Source: Bdellovibrionales bacterium (GTDB taxonomy: Bacteria; Bdellovibrionota; Bdellovibrionia; Bdellovibrionales; UBA1609). Taken from it: DNA of 64,000 nt. The notes beneath the pieces were generated by a model. It made no database searches. It was not told where the DNA came from and saw nothing but the letters and a program-made list of their open reading frames with translations. Below are positions 20,414 through 30,370 of this stretch, piece after piece. Numbering within the stretch: position 1 is the stretch's first letter; each line of letters starts with the position of its first letter. Location: positions 653,613 through 717,612 of the forward strand of contig OZ244719.1 in the NCBI GenBank assembly GCA_965219095.1, given 5' to 3'. A program made the position numbers and the translations under genes.

Positions 20414-22825
20414 TCAGATAGGCTCCCAACTTTCTCTTGTAGAAGGCTTACGAATAGAAAGCTCAAGAGTTTGAGTAAGCCAATTCATTTTAAAAGAAGA
20501 ACGACCATAAAGTAAACTATAAATACCATAATTACGAATGACTTTCTTCACATACCTTCTTGTTTCAAGAAAAGGTATATGCTCTATGAAGCTATCCACA
20601 GATAAGTCTCCAAAACGATAAATCCAATTTTCTAAATTATGAGGCCCTGCGTTGTAGGATGCTACGATAAGAGGGATTTTTCTTTTAAATTTCTTCCTGA
20701 GCCTATACAAATAATGGGAGCCTAAGTGAATATTAAAACGGGGGGAAAAAAGTTTTTCTTTAGAGAAGCTTACATGGGATAGACTTGCAATTTTTTGTCC
20801 TGTATAAGGCATAAGTTGCATTAAGCCTCTTGCTCCCACAGGAGAAACAGCATCAAAACGATAAAAAGTCTCAGCTCTCATGATACTCCATACAAGCTCT
20901 TTAGGAATAAAAAAGTATTGAGTGTATTTAACAACATACTTCTTATAAGCCTCAGGATAAGCGTGAGACCAGAGGAGGTGGCTTCCTTCGATCCCGTACT
21001 GACTACGTGTTTTTGAAAAATAAATAGCAGCAATATAAGCTGAGCGATGATAAGCTCCTAGGGCGTGGTAATTTCCCATTAAAATTCTTAATAAAGAAAG
21101 ATCAGAAGTGTTGACTTCTACTTCGTAAAAATCTTTAATTGCTAATGACTTAAACCCTAAAGTTTTTAAATTACTGGCTCTATTGAAAAAAACTTTATTT
21201 CTCTTTTTTATTTTTTTCTTCGATGGAGATGAAAAGAAAAAAAACCCATTTTTTAACTTATCTAAATCGTCCTCTTCAGAGTTTCTGGAAGGTTTGGTCT
21301 CTAGCTCTGAAAGACTTTTTTCATAATCACCACCCTCTCCTTCATTGTCTAAAGAAGAAAGAGAACGTGCTATAATCTTCACCTTATCCTGATAATCAAG
21401 GAAATCAGAAACAGAAGCTCCTCTCATAAAAGACATTTTCACAGAGCTTTTTTTAGCAATTTCTCTTAATCGGTAATAAGAAAGAAAAGAGTAGTAAGTT
21501 AGAAGAGAGTTTTGACTTAATTTCATGAAAATCTTTTGTGCTTTGTCATACTGTTTTAAATGATTCATAGCCATAGCTTTCCAGTAACTAACTTTTTCTA
21601 TAGATGATTCATAAGCTAAAGGGGTTTTTTTGAAGATCTTAAGGAGTTTTTCAAAGTACATTAAAGAGCTTTCAAAGTTGTGATTTAGGTATTGAGTCCA
21701 GCCAAGATACCACAGAACTTTCTTACGTAAGGATTCTTTAGAGGAATGTTTTTCATAAAAAGACAGAAACTGTTTGTATGATTCCTCGTACATTTTAAAC
21801 TGATAAGCTACAAAAGCTCTATCAAAAAGGGCCTCTTTCTTTTCTTTCAAAGACTTAGCTACTTGAGAGGCTCTATAAAAGGATTTGAGTGCAAGGGGAG
21901 AATCTCCTGATTTAACAGCCACTTTTCCTACAAAAATAAGATAATCCCAGTTGCTCCATTTCTCTTTTTCGTATTTTTTTAGAATCTTAGAGGATTGATC
22001 AAGATGCCCTTCATAAGTTAAATGATAGGCTTGCAAAAAATCTAACTCATAGTCTGTGAAACGAGTAGGTTTTTTTCTTAAAAGTTCAATTTCTTTCCAA
22101 GAGGTTTCAAAAAGACCTGCCCACTGCAATCTTCTAATCCGTTTCATTTGATCTTTTAAAGTTGTTACACATTTAGCTTTAAAGCCCTTTAAAGTTAAGT
22201 AACCATCTTTGAAGTCAATATTTTCAAAATCAATGTATTTAGTATAAAGCTTTTGAATCCAATGGCATGTGCTGTAATGTTTTTTTCTATGATATTGAGT
22301 AATAGCTAAGCTTTCAACTACATCAGGATAAAGAGAGCTTTTTCTCCAACGTTTTTCAAGTTTTTTTAATCTTCTATAGGCACTTAGGTACTTATTTTCA
22401 CTCATATCTATTTTAGCTAAGTACAAATTGATTTGTCTTTTTAAAAACCTATTGGGATTTTCTGCTAAAGACTTAAGAAAAAACCTCTTGGCTTTTTTTA
22501 TTTTTTTTTCTTGAAAATTAATTTGCCCCAAATAAAAGTAAGTATAAACCGATAAGGCTTGCTCATAAAAAAAATACTGTCTAAAATGCCAAGAAGCTTT
22601 TTCTTTTTCCTTTCTTTCTAAAAAAATCTTTCCTAAAGCAAAGTGTTTGTTCCCTAAAAGAGAGTCTTCTGTTTTTATTTTCTTAAGCTGTTTGATGGCT
22701 TTATTGTAGTTTTTACTCTCAATACTTTTTTGGATGTCTTTCCAGTCAACTTGAAAAAAAGCCCAAGAGCCTTTGGAAAAAAACAAAATGAGGACAGGCA
22801 AAAAAGCCTTCCTTAGCTTTAGCAT
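20414..22825 (-). CDS. Soluble lytic transglycosylase with N-terminal TPR-like region
   Basis: Signal peptide. C-terminal SLT motifs IMRAET, GARGLMQLMP, SYNAGP and ETRRYVKKV. Confidence 0.9.
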   Translation of the reverse strand: MLKLRKAFLPVLILFFSKGSWAFFQVDWKDIQKSIESKNYNKAIKQLKKIKTEDSLLGNKHFALGKIFLERKEKEKASWHFRQYFFYEQALSVYTYFYLGQINFQEKKIKKAKRFFLKSLAENPNRFLKRQINLYLAKIDMSENKYLSAYRRLKKLEKRWRKSSLYPDVVESLAITQYHRKKHYSTCHWIQKLYTKYIDFENIDFKDGYLTLKGFKAKCVTTLKDQMKRIRRLQWAGLFETSWKEIELLRKKPTRFTDYELDFLQAYHLTYEGHLDQSSKILKKYEKEKWSNWDYLIFVGKVAVKSGDSPLALKSFYRASQVAKSLKEKKEALFDRAFVAYQFKMYEESYKQFLSFYEKHSSKESLRKKVLWYLGWTQYLNHNFESSLMYFEKLLKIFKKTPLAYESSIEKVSYWKAMAMNHLKQYDKAQKIFMKLSQNSLLTYYSFLSYYRLREIAKKSSVKMSFMRGASVSDFLDYQDKVKIIARSLSSLDNEGEGGDYEKSLSELETKPSRNSEEDDLDKLKNGFFFFSSPSKKKIKKRNKVFFNRASNLKTLGFKSLAIKDFYEVEVNTSDLSLLRILMGNYHALGAYHRSAYIAAIYFSKTRSQYGIEGSHLLWSHAYPEAYKKYVVKYTQYFFIPKELVWSIMRAETFYRFDAVSPVGARGLMQLMPYTGQKIASLSHVSFSKEKLFSPRFNIHLGSHYLYRLRKKFKRKIPLIVASYNAGPHNLENWIYRFGDLSVDSFIEHIPFLETRRYVKKVIRNYGIYSLLYGRSSFKMNWLTQTLELSIRKPSTRESWEPI

Positions 22826-22969
22826 AAAAACGTCTTCTCCTTATGATCTTAAATTCTAAGATATTTCCATTTTATCAAAAAACCCTCATCAAGACCTGAT
22901 AAGACAAAATTTTCTAGTCTTTTGGTAAGACGAGGATGTCCGTAATCCCGTTAGACCTTTAAAAAAGGG

Positions 22970-23017
22970 GCCTCCTCAAAAGAATCTGTGGGTTCCCGGA
23001 GGTTCTTTTGAGGAGGC
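22970..23017. repeat. 48-bp ISL3-derived palindromic micro-MITE
   Basis: GCCTCCTCAAAAGAA...TTCTTTTGAGGAGGC matches the ISL3 right end. Reverse complement of 27868-27915 apart from one base. Confidence 0.8.
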
Positions 23018-23123
23018 TTTTTTTTAAAATGTATAAAGGAAGAATCATTAAAAATGGAAAGGAAATACAGGAAGCTTTCTCTTAGGTGATTAGAATATTC
23101 GTGACCGTATGCAAAAAAAATTT

Positions 23124-24643
23124 GGCTCCTCCCGGGAATCTGTGGGTGAAAAGTAGCTAGAAATCCCCCAAAAAGGCTCATATTAATCAAAGTAAGAGTA
23201 AGAATCCTATCTTGTATTTTTGAGTTCTTTGAGGCCCTTACTGGCCTCTATCACCTCCGGTGATTGAACTCAAAAACATTCATTTTATTTGCTTTTATTT
23301 GCTGTGTTACATTAAAATTTTAAAAAAGAAGCACCTACTTCCCAGATGCCTTAAAATGTTATTCAAAAAAAAAAAAAAGGAGGGAAGAGATGCTTTTGAA
23401 GACTATACTAAATGATTGTTTAAGATGGAAGTCTTTTGTATACGGAGACATTTATTTTTCAAAAGATAGAAAGTCAATTAATGTTCCTATTAAGGCTCGT
23501 AAAAATGGCCAAGCTTTTTGTAGTGTTTGTAAGAAGCCCTGTTCAGTGTATGACAGCAGTAAATCATCACGGGACTTTGAATCCCTTCCTATTTTAAGTT
23601 ACAGGGTGTTTTTTGTTTATTTTGTAAGAAGAGTTAATTGTCCTTGCTGTGGGGTAAAAGTTGAGTATTTACCTTGGGCCGATGGTAAGAAGAGTTTAAC
23701 GATCTTTTACATGAAGTATTTAGCAGACTGGTGTCGTCACCTGTCTTGGAAAGAGGTTTCTTGTAAGTTTCATGTCAGTTGGAATCAGGTCTATGCTTCG
23801 GTAGAATGGGTCGTAGAATATGGTTTAAAACAAAGGGTTTTAAAGGGAATACAAGCTATAGGTGTAGATGAAATACAATGGAAAAAGAACCATCAGTATC
23901 TCACCTTAGTCTATGAAATAAGCAAAACCCGTGTACGCTTGTTGTGGATAGGAGAAAAAAGAACAGAAAAGAGTTTTAGAAAATTCTTTGATTTACTAGG
24001 AGAGAAGTCAAAAGATATACGGTTTGTGTGTTCTGATATGTGGAAGCCTTATTTAAAAGTCATAAAGGAGAGGGCAAGTGGAGCTTTACACATATTAGAT
24101 CGGTTTCATATCGTAGCAAGACTCAATAAGGCTTTAGACGAAGTGAGAGCTTCAGAACACAAAAAAATGAAAGAAGACGGGTATGAACCCCTTTTAACAA
24201 AAGCTAGATGGCCCTTGTTAAAAAATGCAGAAAATTTAAAATCTTATGAAAAAGTAAAATTAAGGCATTTAATACAGTACAATTTAAAAAGTATCCGCTG
24301 TTATTTTTTAAAAGAAGACTTCCGACAGTTATGGACCTATGTTTCACCAACTTGGGCTGGTAAATTTATAGACAGTTGGACGAGACGAGTCATGCTTTCA
24401 AAAATTGAACCTATGAAAAGAAAAGCAAAAACCATACAAAGACATAAGCTACTTATTCTTAATTACTTCAAGGCTAAAAAAGCCTTCTCCTCAGGGATTG
24501 TAGAGGGTTTAAACAACAAAGTAAAACTCACTATGAGAAAATCTTACGGCTTTAGAACCTCTAAAGCTATAAAAATCGCCTTATATCATAACCTTGGAAA
24601 ACTGCCAGAACCTCCGGGAACCCACAGATTCTTTTGAGGAGGC
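23124..24643 (+). mobile_element. ISL3-family element, copy 1
   Basis: Ends GGCTCCTC...GAGGAGGC. 8-bp TSD AAAAATTT. The flanks rejoin to match 56371-56512 (reverse complement). Confidence 0.93.
23390..24637 (+). CDS. ISL3 transposase
   Basis: Zinc finger CxxC..CPCC, IGVDE, CSDMWKPY, LDRFH and EGLNNKVK..YGFR motifs. Confidence 0.95.
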   Translation: MLLKTILNDCLRWKSFVYGDIYFSKDRKSINVPIKARKNGQAFCSVCKKPCSVYDSSKSSRDFESLPILSYRVFFVYFVRRVNCPCCGVKVEYLPWADGKKSLTIFYMKYLADWCRHLSWKEVSCKFHVSWNQVYASVEWVVEYGLKQRVLKGIQAIGVDEIQWKKNHQYLTLVYEISKTRVRLLWIGEKRTEKSFRKFFDLLGEKSKDIRFVCSDMWKPYLKVIKERASGALHILDRFHIVARLNKALDEVRASEHKKMKEDGYEPLLTKARWPLLKNAENLKSYEKVKLRHLIQYNLKSIRCYFLKEDFRQLWTYVSPTWAGKFIDSWTRRVMLSKIEPMKRKAKTIQRHKLLILNYFKAKKAFSSGIVEGLNNKVKLTMRKSYGFRTSKAIKIALYHNLGKLPEPPGTHRFF

Positions 24644-24773
24644 AAAAATTTTTATATTTTTTGTAAATGGAGAAGTGTTTTTTCTTGACATACTTTTTCA
24701 TAGACGCATTAAGATGACACGAAAGAGCTTTGCCCCTTAATCTTTTTTCAACGACTTTGCCATGTATGTCGTA

Positions 24774-24916
24774 ATACCATTTCCAAAAATTAATTCGACA
24801 TTCTTTTAACGCATTGCGTCCTGGCTTTTTGATAAAACTCTGTTAAATTTTTAGAGTCATGTCGAAAAAAGATTTAGTTACACAGATTCAAGGGTATGAT
24901 TTTCTGTAATTGGTAT
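24774..24916. mobile_element. About 145-bp MITE-like dispersed repeat with ATACCAATT-type termini
   Basis: ATACCATTTCCAAAA...GTAATTGGTAT. Related copies at 33766-33846 (reverse) and 60976-61106. Isolated ends at 29103-29131, 33575-33603, 47235-47254 and 58511-58540. Confidence 0.7.
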
Positions 24917-24990
24917 AACTCGGTTATCTGACCGCCCTATCCAAGTTTAAATTTCTCTTATAAGTTTTTCTTAAGAAGGAGGATTTCATG
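24916..24990 (+). repeat. Solo left end of the three-ORF IS66
   Basis: TAACTCGGTTATCTGACCGCCCTATCCAAG..AGGAGGATTTCATG matches 54347-54422 (reverse) and 61128-61203. Confidence 0.75.
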
Positions 24991-25458
24991 GCGAGTGGAA
25001 TTATAAAATACTACCCCACTAAAGTGTCTAAGTTATTTTTTTAACAGTTCCTAACTGTCTTTTTCTTACTTGCAGGATTTTGTATCCGAAATAAAACAAT
25101 ATCTTTAAAAAGCTCGTTACATTCTTTTTGCCTTCGATCTGTTTTTACAGAGTAGTGGAAAACGTTGAAGTCGGACTCATTCTTAAGAAGAAGTTCTCTA
25201 CTTTCCTTTTTGAAGAGGTAAAAATTACATCACTATAAAAAGTTTACATAGTTTTATTTGAGGTGTTTGTTTATATCGGCTAGCCTTTAGCCCTGAAAAA
25301 AGTCGAAACTCGTGTTAATAATACCCTGAGTTTAGATCAGGGGAACCTCTTCTTCAAAACCTAACGATTTTACGGACAATCTCTCTTTTTGATAGACGCT
25401 ATTTGTAAAACTTTCTTTTTATTTCACAAAAACAATCTCATAAGGCTAAAGTAGGAAA

Positions 25459-26808
25459 ATGGAGAAAAGCTTACAGAAAACTATCTTTAGGTGTCAAAAC
25501 TGCGGAACTCAGTATTTAAAATGGCAGGGTCGTTGTCAAGAGTGCGATGAGTGGAACCAACTGGTAGAAGAGGTTCAAAGCCAAAATAAAACTGTTAAAA
25601 ACTTAAAAAAACCTAGAGTTTTTAATGAATTTTCAAAAAATATCAAACGATACTCTACAGGTATAAAAGAACTAGATCGTGTTTTAGGAAGAGGTCTTAT
25701 GCCTCAAAGTTATGTCCTTTTAGGAGGAGAACCTGGTATTGGAAAAAGCACTCTTCTCTTACAAATGGCTTGTTATCTTAATTTACCTACACTTTATATT
25801 TCAGGAGAAGAAAGTGAAGAACAGATTAGTTCACGAGCTCAAAGGATAGGTCTTAAAGGCGATAACGTGGAAGTTCTTTCCGAAAATCAAATAGAAGCCA
25901 TCTCAGAAATAACACGAAAAAAAAGACCTAAGCTACTTATCGTTGATTCCATTCAAACAGTTTATCTATCTCTTTTAAGCTCAGCTCCTGGTTCTGTTTC
26001 TCAAGTCAGAGAATGTTCTAACCAATTGATGAACTTAGCTAAACAAGAAGGTTTTACAGTTTTTGTGATCGGTCATATCACAAAGGAAGGACACCTTGCT
26101 GGACCTAAAGTCCTAGAACACATGGTGGATACTGTTTTATTGTTTGAAGGAGATTCCTATTATCGCACTTTAAGAGCTTTAAAAAACCGTTTTGGTCCTA
26201 CACATGAATTAGGTGTTTTTCAAATGAACTCTTCAGGTCTTAAAGAAGTAAAAAACCCATCTGAATTTTTCTTAGCAGAAAGAAACCAAGAAGAAGCTAA
26301 CATAGGTTCAAGTATTTTTGCTTCCTTAGAAGGAACAAGGCCTATTTTATGTGAAGTCCAAGCTCTGACAGTCACCTCTCCCTCTCAATTTCCAAGAAGA
26401 ACCTCTTTAGGCTACGATTTACAAAGAATTCATCTCTTAGCGGCTGTTTTAGAAAAATACCTCTCCCTGCCCTTATCTCAAAAGGAAATCTTTATTAATG
26501 TTGTAGGAGGGCTTAAAATTTCAGAACCTAGTGCTGATCTAGCTATCCTTTCAGCTCTTATTTCTTCAGAAAAATCTCTTAAAATTAAAACCTGTGCTTG
26601 CTTTTTAGGAGAAATAGGACTGACCGGAGAAGTTAGACAAGTTCATATGTTGGAAAAAAGACTCAATGAAGCCAAAAAACTAGGATTTACAGACTTTATT
26701 TTACCTTCTTCGCAAATCAGCCGAGTCTCAAAGAATGATGCATTTCAATACCACTTTATAAAAAACCTACAAGAACTCCCTACAACCTTAACCCTTCTAG
26801 AACCATAA
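25459..26808 (+). CDS. radA: DNA repair protein RadA/Sms
   Basis: CQNCG..WQGRCQEC zinc finger, GGEPGIGKST, KNRFG, Lon-like C-terminus. Confidence 0.97.
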   Translation: MEKSLQKTIFRCQNCGTQYLKWQGRCQECDEWNQLVEEVQSQNKTVKNLKKPRVFNEFSKNIKRYSTGIKELDRVLGRGLMPQSYVLLGGEPGIGKSTLLLQMACYLNLPTLYISGEESEEQISSRAQRIGLKGDNVEVLSENQIEAISEITRKKRPKLLIVDSIQTVYLSLLSSAPGSVSQVRECSNQLMNLAKQEGFTVFVIGHITKEGHLAGPKVLEHMVDTVLLFEGDSYYRTLRALKNRFGPTHELGVFQMNSSGLKEVKNPSEFFLAERNQEEANIGSSIFASLEGTRPILCEVQALTVTSPSQFPRRTSLGYDLQRIHLLAAVLEKYLSLPLSQKEIFINVVGGLKISEPSADLAILSALISSEKSLKIKTCACFLGEIGLTGEVRQVHMLEKRLNEAKKLGFTDFILPSSQISRVSKNDAFQYHFIKNLQELPTTLTLLEP

Positions 26809-26984
26809 ACATAAAATTTTGATTCAAAATTATTATTAATGCTTAACACTATATGTTAGGTAATTGTAAGTTACGCATGGCTCCAACCTTCTGAAGTTAG
26901 AATAGATTTAGCAAAAAACATTAGAAATTAAAACAAAACCTATATAAAATGTAAAAAATCAAGCAATATTATAAGGGGGTATTG

Positions 26985-27692
26985 ATGAAACTCATTCATG
27001 GCAATTGCTATAAAAAATTAAAAAGAATAGAAGATGAAAGTGTTGATCTCATACTCACAGATCCACCCTACAACCTTGCTAATTATTCCACAGGGAATAT
27101 CAAAGCTGATTGGAGAAAAGTCCTCAATAACGACATAGCTGTCTGGGATCAAAGTGTTCTTGATATTGCTGTTCTAAAAAAAGAGTTTTTGAGAATTATA
27201 AAACCCACAGGAAATATTTTTATATTTACAGCTTATAATTTATTAGGAGATTGGCATAAGGCTCTTGATCCAGCATTTGATACATTTCAGGTTATGGTAT
27301 GGCATAAAACGAATCCGCCACCAAAATTAAGAAGAGCTGGTTTTTTAAACTCATGTGAATTGATTTGCTGTGTATGGAATAAAGGTCATACTTGGAACTT
27401 TACTACACAAAAAGAAATGCATAATTTTTTAGAAACTCCAATTTGTATGGGAAAAGAAAGATTAAAACACCCTACGCAAAAGCCAGTAAAAGTATTAAAA
27501 CATATATTAAAAATAGCTTCTAATGAAGGTAGTATGGTTCTCGATCCTTTTATGGGAGTAGGTTCTACAGGAGCCGCCTGCAAAGAAATGAATCGAAACT
27601 TTATAGGAATTGAACTAGAAAAAAATTATGTAAATTTAGCAAGAAAAAGAATGGAAGAAACTGTATCTCAACTAGAAATTAATTTAAACTAA
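26985..27692 (+). CDS. N4/N6 DNA methyltransferase (beta class), orphan
   Basis: TDPPY (motif IV) precedes HPTQKP and DPFMGVGST (motif I). Confidence 0.93.
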   Translation: MKLIHGNCYKKLKRIEDESVDLILTDPPYNLANYSTGNIKADWRKVLNNDIAVWDQSVLDIAVLKKEFLRIIKPTGNIFIFTAYNLLGDWHKALDPAFDTFQVMVWHKTNPPPKLRRAGFLNSCELICCVWNKGHTWNFTTQKEMHNFLETPICMGKERLKHPTQKPVKVLKHILKIASNEGSMVLDPFMGVGSTGAACKEMNRNFIGIELEKNYVNLARKRMEETVSQLEINLN

Positions 27693-27867
27693 TAATTTAT
27701 TGATATCTGTACATAAAATGAAGAACTTCAATTTAAAATGAAAAAATCAGTTACACAATTTAATTTACAGTACCCAGGAAAAGGCTTTAGAGTTTATTTA
27801 CTCATTTAGTAGCTGTCTAAGAAAACGAATTAGCTAACATTGAATTTTTGATTTGCATAAAATATAT

Positions 27868-27915
27868 GGCTCCTCAAAAGAACCTCCGGGAACCCACAGA
27901 TTCTTTTGAGGAGGC
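27868..27915. mobile_element. 48-bp ISL3-derived micro-MITE with TSD
   Basis: GGCTCCTCAAAAGAA..TTCTTTTGAGGAGGC flanked by the direct repeat AAATATAT (27860-27867, 27916-27923). Confidence 0.85.
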
Positions 27916-28317
27916 AAATATATTTATCTTTAGATAACTGGATGCCGTTTTTTTCAACAACTAAGGGTTTGTTATTCTTTATTTTTTTACCACTATCTCA
28001 AGAACGACACTTTTACTGCTAGGTATTCGATTAGATTCTTTACTTTCATATCTTTTAACAAAAAAAGCTTGAGAAATATCAAGTTTTAAAGGCTTTGCAA
28101 AGCTAATCACAGCTTTATTTTTCTTAACTTTAATGAAAGTAAGAAATAATCTTTCCTTCTCCTCTTTGTTATTATTCAAAAGTTTGTTTGTTAGGTTATC
28201 ATTTACAATTTTATTAGATTCAGGACTCTTACTCATAGCAACTCTTCTTCTCAATTCTATGTTAGTCGAACGTGAAAAATGCACAAACAGCTAAAAACAC
28301 TTATTTTTTTGTAATTT

Positions 28318-29110
28318 TTGCATAAAAATAATTGCAAGGAAATGGAAAAACAGATAAAAAACCTTGCAAAACAGAAAGGAAAAAAGATGACGCCAAAAGA
28401 TATGTTCAGCACACAAAAGAGAAGCCCTCTTAATTTTAGAGTAAACGACATTGCTCATAAGAAGCATCCGCTTGTCATTTTAGCTAATAAAATAGACTGG
28501 GGTCGTTTTGATAAAGTTTTTGGTTCGAAGTATGATGAAAAAAAAGGTCGTTCAGGACTTTCAACTCGTTTAATGGTGGGACTTCAATACTTGAAATACA
28601 CTTATAATTTAAGTAACGAGAAGACAATAGAAATGTTCAAAGAGAATCCTCAATGGCAGTATTTTTGTGGTCAGCCTTTTTATTCTTATGAAGATCCCTG
28701 TAATAGAAGTTCATTGACTAACTGGAGAAAGAGGATGGGGGCTGAGAAGATAGAAGTTCTCTTAGAGGAAACCATTGATTTAGCTTTGAGAGAGGGTTTT
28801 GTAAAAAAAAAAAGAGTTTGAGAATGTAGTTGTTGATACAACTGTTCAAGAGAAAGCAATAGCTTTTCCTACAGACAGCCGTCTTTATTACAAAGCTTTG
28901 AAGACTTTAGTTCACAGGGCTAAAAAAGAGGGTTTAGTTTTACGTCAGAGCTATAAAAGAAAGTCCAAGGAGTGTTTATTTAAGAATGCTCGTTATGCTC
29001 ATACAAGAAAAATACGTTTAGCACGAAGACAGCAAAGAAAGCTTCATACTTATCTAGGTCGTGTGATAAGAGATGTTACAAGAAAAGGAGGTCCTAAGTT
29101 CAATGTCGAA
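28318..29110 (+). pseudogene. IS5-family transposase, frameshifted (A-run at about 28803-28813) and 3'-truncated
   Basis: HPLVILANKIDW, RLMVGLQYLK, ENPQWQYFCG and TYLGRVIRD motifs. VDTTVQEKAIAFPTD lies in the shifted frame. Confidence 0.85.
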
Positions 29111-29905
29111 TTATTTTTTGGAATTGGTATTACTAAAGTTTTTTTGTTTAAAGCCTTTGGGATTTATAATACTAGCACTGTTCCCTACAACTCGAATCAC
29201 AAAAAGACCTTCTTTCTCAGCCTTTCTAGCTGAACTTTGATTGGATTTAAGATAAGCTACAGCACCGTAGATTTTTTTGTCTTTATATTCAGGAAACATT
29301 TTTTTAAAATCTGCTAGCTTTTTAAAAAAATGAGTTAAGTCTCTTATACGTAAGGTGGTTTTGACTTCTGTCACAACCACTTCACTGCCATTAAATGCAA
29401 TAATGTCGAATTCAAAAGGTTTCCCATTCCATGTCCCAAAAGACTCTGGAAGAATTCTCTGTACTTCAATGTTTCTTTCTTGAAGAAGTTTAACTAAATC
29501 ACCTTTTGCCAGAGCCTCCATAAGCTTTCCCCATTGACCTGTGAAAAGTTCGTCTAACTTTGCTATACGTTTATCAGACTTTATAAACTGACGATCGGTC
29601 TCAAGTTTTGACTCTTTTAACAAACGCTCTGTTTCTTTGTGGGCTTTTGCAGTTTCTTTTTGAGATTCTTTGAATTGGCGGTCAGTCTCTTTTTGGGCTT
29701 TAGCGATTTCTTGTTGAGATTCTTTGAGTTGGCGGTCAGTCTCTTTTTGAACTTTAGAGGTTTCTTTGAGTTGGCGGTCAGTCTCTTTTTGAGCTTTGGC
29801 ATTCTCTTTTTGAGACTTTGCCAGTTCTTGAGTTTCTTTAGCAACAGCTTGAATCGAAGCCCATACAGCTTTAGGAATTGAATGATTGGGTTTTTTTAAA
29901 GACAT
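29111..29905 (-). CDS. Coiled-coil (KETDRQ-repeat) protein with C-terminal PD-(D/E)xK-like domain, copy 1
   Basis: Repeats QKETDRQLKES; WGKLMEAL; EFDIIA..VVVTEVKTTL nuclease-like motif. ATG 29905 chosen from promoter spacing. Confidence 0.75.
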   Translation of the reverse strand: MSLKKPNHSIPKAVWASIQAVAKETQELAKSQKENAKAQKETDRQLKETSKVQKETDRQLKESQQEIAKAQKETDRQFKESQKETAKAHKETERLLKESKLETDRQFIKSDKRIAKLDELFTGQWGKLMEALAKGDLVKLLQERNIEVQRILPESFGTWNGKPFEFDIIAFNGSEVVVTEVKTTLRIRDLTHFFKKLADFKKMFPEYKDKKIYGAVAYLKSNQSSARKAEKEGLFVIRVVGNSASIINPKGFKQKNFSNTNSKK

Positions 29906-30370
29906 GCAGTTATAATAATATAAAAAAACTTTCTTTTCAAGTGATTTTAAGAGAATTTCTTTCAAATGGCCTCACTGCGACATCCTTCGCTAACCTACTG
30001 TAATATAACAGAGAAATAAGAAAGTACCAGATAAAAAAGTACCAGAAAGGATGTCGCTAGAGATAATACAACAATTAAATCCTGGCTTTAAAAAGTAAGT
30101 ACAAAAGCTAAGCTCTTATAAAACTACAAGTAACTTATCACATACTTAGTTTTTTTTCGTAATTTTGATTTTCTTTGTGCTTTATTCTTTAAGAACGAAG
30201 CTCACTTGTATACTCAAAAGGCGTTTTAATGAGCCTGTAAATTAAATTGTGTAACTGATTTTTTCATTTTAAATTTTACCCTCATTTTTTCACACTTATT
30301 TTAACCCATCAATCGATTCACACAACAAACAGATATACATGAAATAAACATATCTTATGAAAACTCACCC

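Noticed and set aside
27979..28284. 101-aa minus-strand ORF
   Set aside because: Low complexity, no motif, adjacent to IS debris. Not enough support to call it a gene.
29560..29850. Tandem repeats GGCGGTCAGTCTCTTTTTG (also 59020-59190) as a possible CRISPR array
   Set aside because: They are in-frame coding repeats of the coiled coil, with no unique spacers and no cas genes.
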